Shown: one piece after another, positions 59,801 through 64,000 of the stretch
Layout of the letters: each line of letters opens with the position of its first letter
How positions within the stretch are numbered: the stretch's first letter is position 1
Assembly (NCBI GenBank): GCA_963667015.2
Contig: CAXXJJ010000001.1
Coordinates: forward strand, 2,780,555-2,844,554
Reading direction: 5' to 3'
DNA from: Desulfatiglandales bacterium
Lineage (GTDB): Bacteria > Desulfobacterota > DSM-4660 > Desulfatiglandales > HGW-15
DNA: 64,000 nucleotides
Position numbers and translations under genes: made by a program
The notes under the pieces: model-generated
What the model was told of the DNA's origin: nothing
The model's database searches: none
Seen by the model: only the letters and a program-made list of their open reading frames with translations

Positions 59801-61245
59801 CAGTTCCTCATAAATATGATACGCGGCAATATCGCCTGCCGTGTGACACCCATATCAGACTGCCAGGTGACTTTATCCTTTATATCTTCATTTACTGATT
59901 TGTGAGGCCAGTCTACGGCGAGCTGAAGATAGGCGACCAGTTCTGCCAGCCCATGATCAAGGGGATAGCACGTCACTATCTCGGCCAGGCTTACTGCTTT
60001 ACGTGCCTGGAGTTCATGGCGTATGTTCCTTTTTAGTTTTTTACGATCAATTGCAACCTGAGCATATAATGCTGCGGTATCTACATCCGCGTCTCCTTCT
60101 TCCAGAACCATGCTTGATATCAACGGCTTGAGCGATGGGCGGAAAAGTGGTCTTTCAAGCGGAAGATCAATGGTTGGCGATATATCGGATACAGTAACAA
60201 AATTTCCTGACGGCAGGTCTTCACGTATTGCCAGTGCGTTATTTTCAATGCTATGGAGAATATCCATTATACGCCGGTTTTCAAGCCATGCCTGATCATC
60301 TAGAAAACGCCGCAACTGTTCCGATAATTTTGCTACTGTCCGCTGTGTATGTTCTCCTGCTTCAAGCCAGTCGTAATGCACACGCTTTAAACGGTCTTCC
60401 GGGTGTATGGATTTAATCGGCGGCAGGGATAAAATCTGTTCCAGCAAACGGCTGAACTCTTCCTGCCTGGACTGGGACATCAGGAAATCCCAGAAGGCGC
60501 GAAAGCTCTTTCCCTGATCCGAGTCGGAAATGGCATCACGTTCTCCCATGATCTCTTCAAGAAGTTCTCCCTTGGCGCCCTCCCACAGGGCTATGCGTTC
60601 ACGCACATGTCTGTCCAGTATGCGGAAATTGTGCTCCACCTCACGAAAATCGGTGAGCAGCTCGCGTGCTAGTTGAATGAATTGCTGAAAACGGTCTTTA
60701 AGACCCGTATCATCAAGAACTGATATGTCTCCATCCTTAATACTGTTTATTTCCGAATCTATCTCTTCCCTGCGTTTTTTTAATTCAGTTATTCGTATTT
60801 GAGGGTCTGTCTGGCTTCCTTCACTCATCTGACGAAGCAGTTCAAACAGGGTAAGAAGTCTTGATTCAGTGCCGACAAATGATCGCTCTGTGAGATTTTC
60901 CAGCCAGGAAATGGCTTTTTCAGTGGCGGGTGTAAGATCAAAGTGAGGCTCATCACTGTCCGGAGGATAGAATTTTCTCAACCATCCTTTGTTATTATCT
61001 GCCCACTCATTCAGATAGTTTTGGGCAGTACCCGAAAATGACTCGGATTCGGGTTGTTCTCGAATGATATAAAGCTCGTCTTCAAGAGCCTCGGTCAGTT
61101 CGGATTGGGAAAGATTCCGTTTGTTGGGGATGATAAATATACGATGGAGAAAGGAACATATCAACGGTGCATGTTGAGCACGTAGTAAACGCCAGGCCGG
61201 GTGCTTTTGAAGTAGTAACTTTAATGTGATGTAGTCGAACGCCAT
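59800..61245 (-). CDS. jetA: Wadjet JetA (DUF3375-like)
   Basis: HPAWRLLRA, GWLRKFY, FVGTESRL, SDQGKSFRAFWDFL. Confidence 0.9.
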   Translation of the reverse strand: MAFDYITLKLLLQKHPAWRLLRAQHAPLICSFLHRIFIIPNKRNLSQSELTEALEDELYIIREQPESESFSGTAQNYLNEWADNNKGWLRKFYPPDSDEPHFDLTPATEKAISWLENLTERSFVGTESRLLTLFELLRQMSEGSQTDPQIRITELKKRREEIDSEINSIKDGDISVLDDTGLKDRFQQFIQLARELLTDFREVEHNFRILDRHVRERIALWEGAKGELLEEIMGERDAISDSDQGKSFRAFWDFLMSQSRQEEFSRLLEQILSLPPIKSIHPEDRLKRVHYDWLEAGEHTQRTVAKLSEQLRRFLDDQAWLENRRIMDILHSIENNALAIREDLPSGNFVTVSDISPTIDLPLERPLFRPSLKPLISSMVLEEGDADVDTAALYAQVAIDRKKLKRNIRHELQARKAVSLAEIVTCYPLDHGLAELVAYLQLAVDWPHKSVNEDIKDKVTWQSDMGVTRQAILPRIIFMRN

Positions 61246-61534
61246 TAAATGATTTTACCAATATGGATCTTATTTTTTATTCTGATATCTGTAGTTTTGT
61301 TTTAAAAGAATGATCGTATTTTTTAAGAAAAAATTTCACTTTAATATATATCGTCTAATGTGAATTGTTATATTAGTAAAATTCTGCAATTTTTAATAAT
61401 ATTTTTTATCTTGAATTGCAAAAACTTGTTAACACGCACGACCAAGGAGAACTCAATGAATTAAAAATCCTAGATTCTTGAAGACGTGCGTTTGATAATA
61501 AGAAAGTATTAATGTTAATTTTATTAAACTTAGT

Positions 61535-62998
61535 TTAATGACGAATCTTATGAGAGTCTATAGCTTTTTGCCTTTGAGCATGTCGATATTCCATTTGTAA
61601 AATAAGATCTTCCTTGTTCAAATCGCGACGAGGTAAAAAGTGAGCAAGTAATTCCTCGATGTCAGAACATGATAATAAAGGATAAATATCTTTATGCCGG
61701 ATTTTCTCAGTCAGCATGAACAACATAGACATCATAACAAGAGCCATATGATGATGCCAGGCTTGCCATTTTCTGACTTGATAATCAGCCATACCACATT
61801 CGCTTTTACCATCTTCGAACGCACGTTCAACCCAGAATCTTTGCCGTTGCATCCAGCCCAAACGTTTAAGAGACATATTTTTAGAAGCATTAGTAAGCGA
61901 AATCTTGGTATCAGGATTGCTCCCACAAGTTTTGGTAGCTATCAAGGTCCAGCATTTTGTATTCTCAGATTCCCTATCCCAGATGTAGACCTTAATGCGG
62001 CAGATTCTAACCCTAAGTTTACCTCGGGTCGTATCACGGAGAGTAACTGTTTCCCATCTCCAGGACGGAAGCTGTTTTATCATTACACCGACTTCAACAC
62101 TTTCATTATCAGTTTGATATTTTTTAGGTGGGCGGCCACGCTTCTTTGTCTGCTCAGGGATATAGGGTTGTGGATCTTCGAGGAAAATATGAAAGTCGGT
62201 GTGCAGATCGACAACAAAGGTTTCACCCATCTCATCAAGCGCAGAGCAGAATCCCGGGCCTTTGCCATAACCGGCATCAGCACCTACCCATCCAAAATGA
62301 AGATCTTTTTCTCTTGCATGTCTCACAATTTCAAGACCAAGCTCAGGCTTTGTTCTAAATTTTCTATCTTCTTTTGGTATACCTGCAGCGTCACAACGTT
62401 TTGGAGCATCTATCCATTGCTCAGGCAAATACATATGGACGTCAATTGGTGTTGCGTATTTGCCATTGGCCAATACGCCGAACACCGCTACTTGACCATT
62501 GTCTACTTTACCCAGTCTGCCAAGCCATTGGCGGGCGACTCCAACAGAACCTTTGCCCTGCTTGGCAAAACCGCTTTCATCTATCAAAAGGCAGGCTTGT
62601 TTGCTATCGCCCAAAAGATTATCAGCATCCTGGGCTACATGATCAATGACTTCTCGATGACTCCACTTAGAGTGTGTAAGAAACTGCTGAAGATTACGCG
62701 ATTTGGAATCCGGTACAACTTCTGCCATGCGATCCATATTTTTTCTGGACCCGGCCTGCATCAAACCAGAGGCATACTGTCTGGCTTTGTCCGAAACATT
62801 ATGCCGGGTATGACTGAAAATGGATAGTATAATTATTCATAAAAGATATAAAGCGCTCACCGACGCTCATGAGCGCCGTGAGAGGGGTTGCATAAGATGG
62901 GCTCCTTTGTTCAGTAAAATTTTTCGCTTGGCGTTAACATAATGATTATTTTATATATTTTTAAATTTAAAAACGCAATCATAATCTTTACAAAGTCA
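61535..62998 (-). mobile_element. IS701-family insertion sequence, transposase frameshifted near its 5' end
   Basis: IDESGFAKQG..SVGVARQWLG.LGKVDNGQ, ADAGYG, QRFWVERAFEDGK..CGMADYQVR.W.AWHHH. RBS and ATG at 62893 are followed by two compensating indels. Upstream end is near TGACTTTGTAAAGATT (about 62998); the other end was not identified. Confidence 0.85.
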
Positions 62999-63190
62999 AA
63001 CTATGATAATTATTGAATATAATATAGTTCCTATTATTGGAGATTTATCAAAAAAGTGATCAACTATCCACGACACACTAAGCAGACAAATGAAATAAAT
63101 AGGAAAATGAAAATAATACCGAGACATTTTCTTTAATTTTTTTCTCTCATCATCGTTAGGAATGCTTGTATTCATGGATATTCCTTCCAT
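62996..63190 (-). CDS. Integron cassette gene (small membrane protein), probably truncated by IS701
   Basis: Begins just after attC R' (63222). Its TGA coincides with the putative IS end, in the middle of a hydrophobic helix. Confidence 0.55.
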   Translation of the reverse strand: MEGISMNTSIPNDDERKKLKKMSRYYFHFPIYFICLLSVSWIVDHFFDKSPIIGTILYSIIIIV

Positions 63191-63221
63191 TTTAAATTTA
63201 TGATTTCAATTTCGATTCCGC

Positions 63222-63351
63222 ACACAACGTATTGGTTTAATGTGCGGGCGGGTAATAACCTATGGTTAACGCCCTGTACATAGACTTGCTTTCGCTCCAT
63301 CCCGCCCGCACGAGAAGATGGTAGCCCGTCACTTTGAAACCTGGGTTATAG
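63222..63351 (-). mobile_element. attC site 1 (130 bp)
   Basis: R'' CTATAAC 2 nt after the cassette stop. Arms GGTTTCAAAGTGACGGGC / GCCCGCACATTAAACC with two extrahelical bases. R' GTTGTGT. Confidence 0.85.
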
Positions 63352-63353
63352 GT

Positions 63354-63539
63354 TTATTCGATTATTGGCCCGATATCTGTTGCTTTAACGACTACCGGAA
63401 ACAAATTGGCCTGTCTCACCATTGCAAAGCCATCTGATATGGCCATTAAAATAACCTCAATTTGATCCACTTCATATTCACCCGTTACATGTCGTATAGA
63501 TGATTCTTTTTGTAATAAAACTTTTATTTTTTTTGCCAT
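63354..63539 (-). CDS. Integron cassette gene, 61-aa hypothetical protein (MAKKIKVLLQ...GPIIE)
   Basis: ORF fills the cassette between attC2 R' (GTTATAGGT) and attC1 R'' (ACCTATAAC). Confidence 0.7.
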   Translation of the reverse strand: MAKKIKVLLQKESSIRHVTGEYEVDQIEVILMAISDGFAMVRQANLFPVVVKATDIGPIIE

Positions 63540-63550
63540 TACTTTTTTAC

Positions 63551-63638
63551 CTATAACGGCCAGCTCACAAGCCACGCCGAGATGCTCAGCAAAAATTGAA
63601 AGAAGCCCCTCGTGGTCTTGTGAAGCGACAGGTTAAAA
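63551..63638 (-). mobile_element. attC site 2 (88 bp)
   Basis: R'' TTTTAAC, arms GCTTCACAAGACCACG / CGTGGCTTGTGAGC with two extrahelical bases, R' GTTATAG. Confidence 0.85.
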
Positions 63639-63869
63639 GCCGATTTTGCCCGCTATTTACCGACCTTGTATTTTTGATAACCAGTTATTATTACAACAAT
63701 ATTTTGATTCTTATTTTCTATTTACAACTTTGGCAAGATTGCCAATTTTTGTAAATAGACATCAATTCAGCCCGGAATTTTATTTTTGATACTGCCATTT
63801 GGGGATTCAGGAAATATTTCCTATTTCCCCAAATACCTTAAATTACCTTCTTTATTATGTCCTTTAAGC

Positions 63870-64000
63870 TTTTAACGAAAAGCATTACAGGCCGTGCAGT
63901 GCATACCAACTTACCATGTTAAAGGTATGAGGATTCCTAGTTGGCAGATAGTTTAAAAAAAGCGGAAAAAATAGCACGGTCCTTGTAGATGCAATGGTTG
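63870..64000 (-). mobile_element. attC site 3 (R'' clipped by the window end)
   Basis: ..CAAC, arms GCATCTACAAGGACCGTGC / GCACGGCCTGTAATGC with extrahelical bases, R' GTTAAAA. Confidence 0.8.

Noticed and set aside
61430..61495. ACGCACG...CGTGCGT inverted repeat as a fourth attC
   Set aside because: Only a 7-bp stem, and no properly placed R''/R' cores matching the interrupted cassette.
61694..62827. 377-aa plus-strand ORF
   Set aside because: Antisense shadow of the IS701 transposase with no recognisable motifs.

Overview
About 64 kb of bacterial chromosome, probably from an anaerobic Desulfobacterota/deltaproteobacterium (inferred from sigma54 two-component systems, a glycyl-radical enzyme, UroD-like paralogues, MsbA/AsmA/TonB and intergenic palindromic repeats). 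Positions 1-54.6 kb hold mostly metabolic, transport and signalling genes. Positions 54.6-64 kb are accessory: a complete Wadjet (jetABCD) operon, a frameshifted IS701 and the distal end of an integron cassette array with three attC sites, one bounding an apparently gene-less structured cassette. The most notable items absent from the ORF track are four. (1) A ribosome-mediated attenuator with a leader peptide of seven consecutive Tyr codons upstream of aroF-tyrA. (2) A sigma54-controlled pair of GcvH-fold proteins that lack the lipoyl lysine and carry twin Cx12Cx5Cx2C motifs, facing a kinase/enhancer-binding regulator/archaemetzincin operon. (3) The attC array. (4) A broken ECF sigma factor with a HEAT-repeat extension beside a stand-alone Ser/Thr kinase. 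No rRNA, tRNA or CRISPR array was recognised. All family assignments come from motif recognition by eye; no database search was run.
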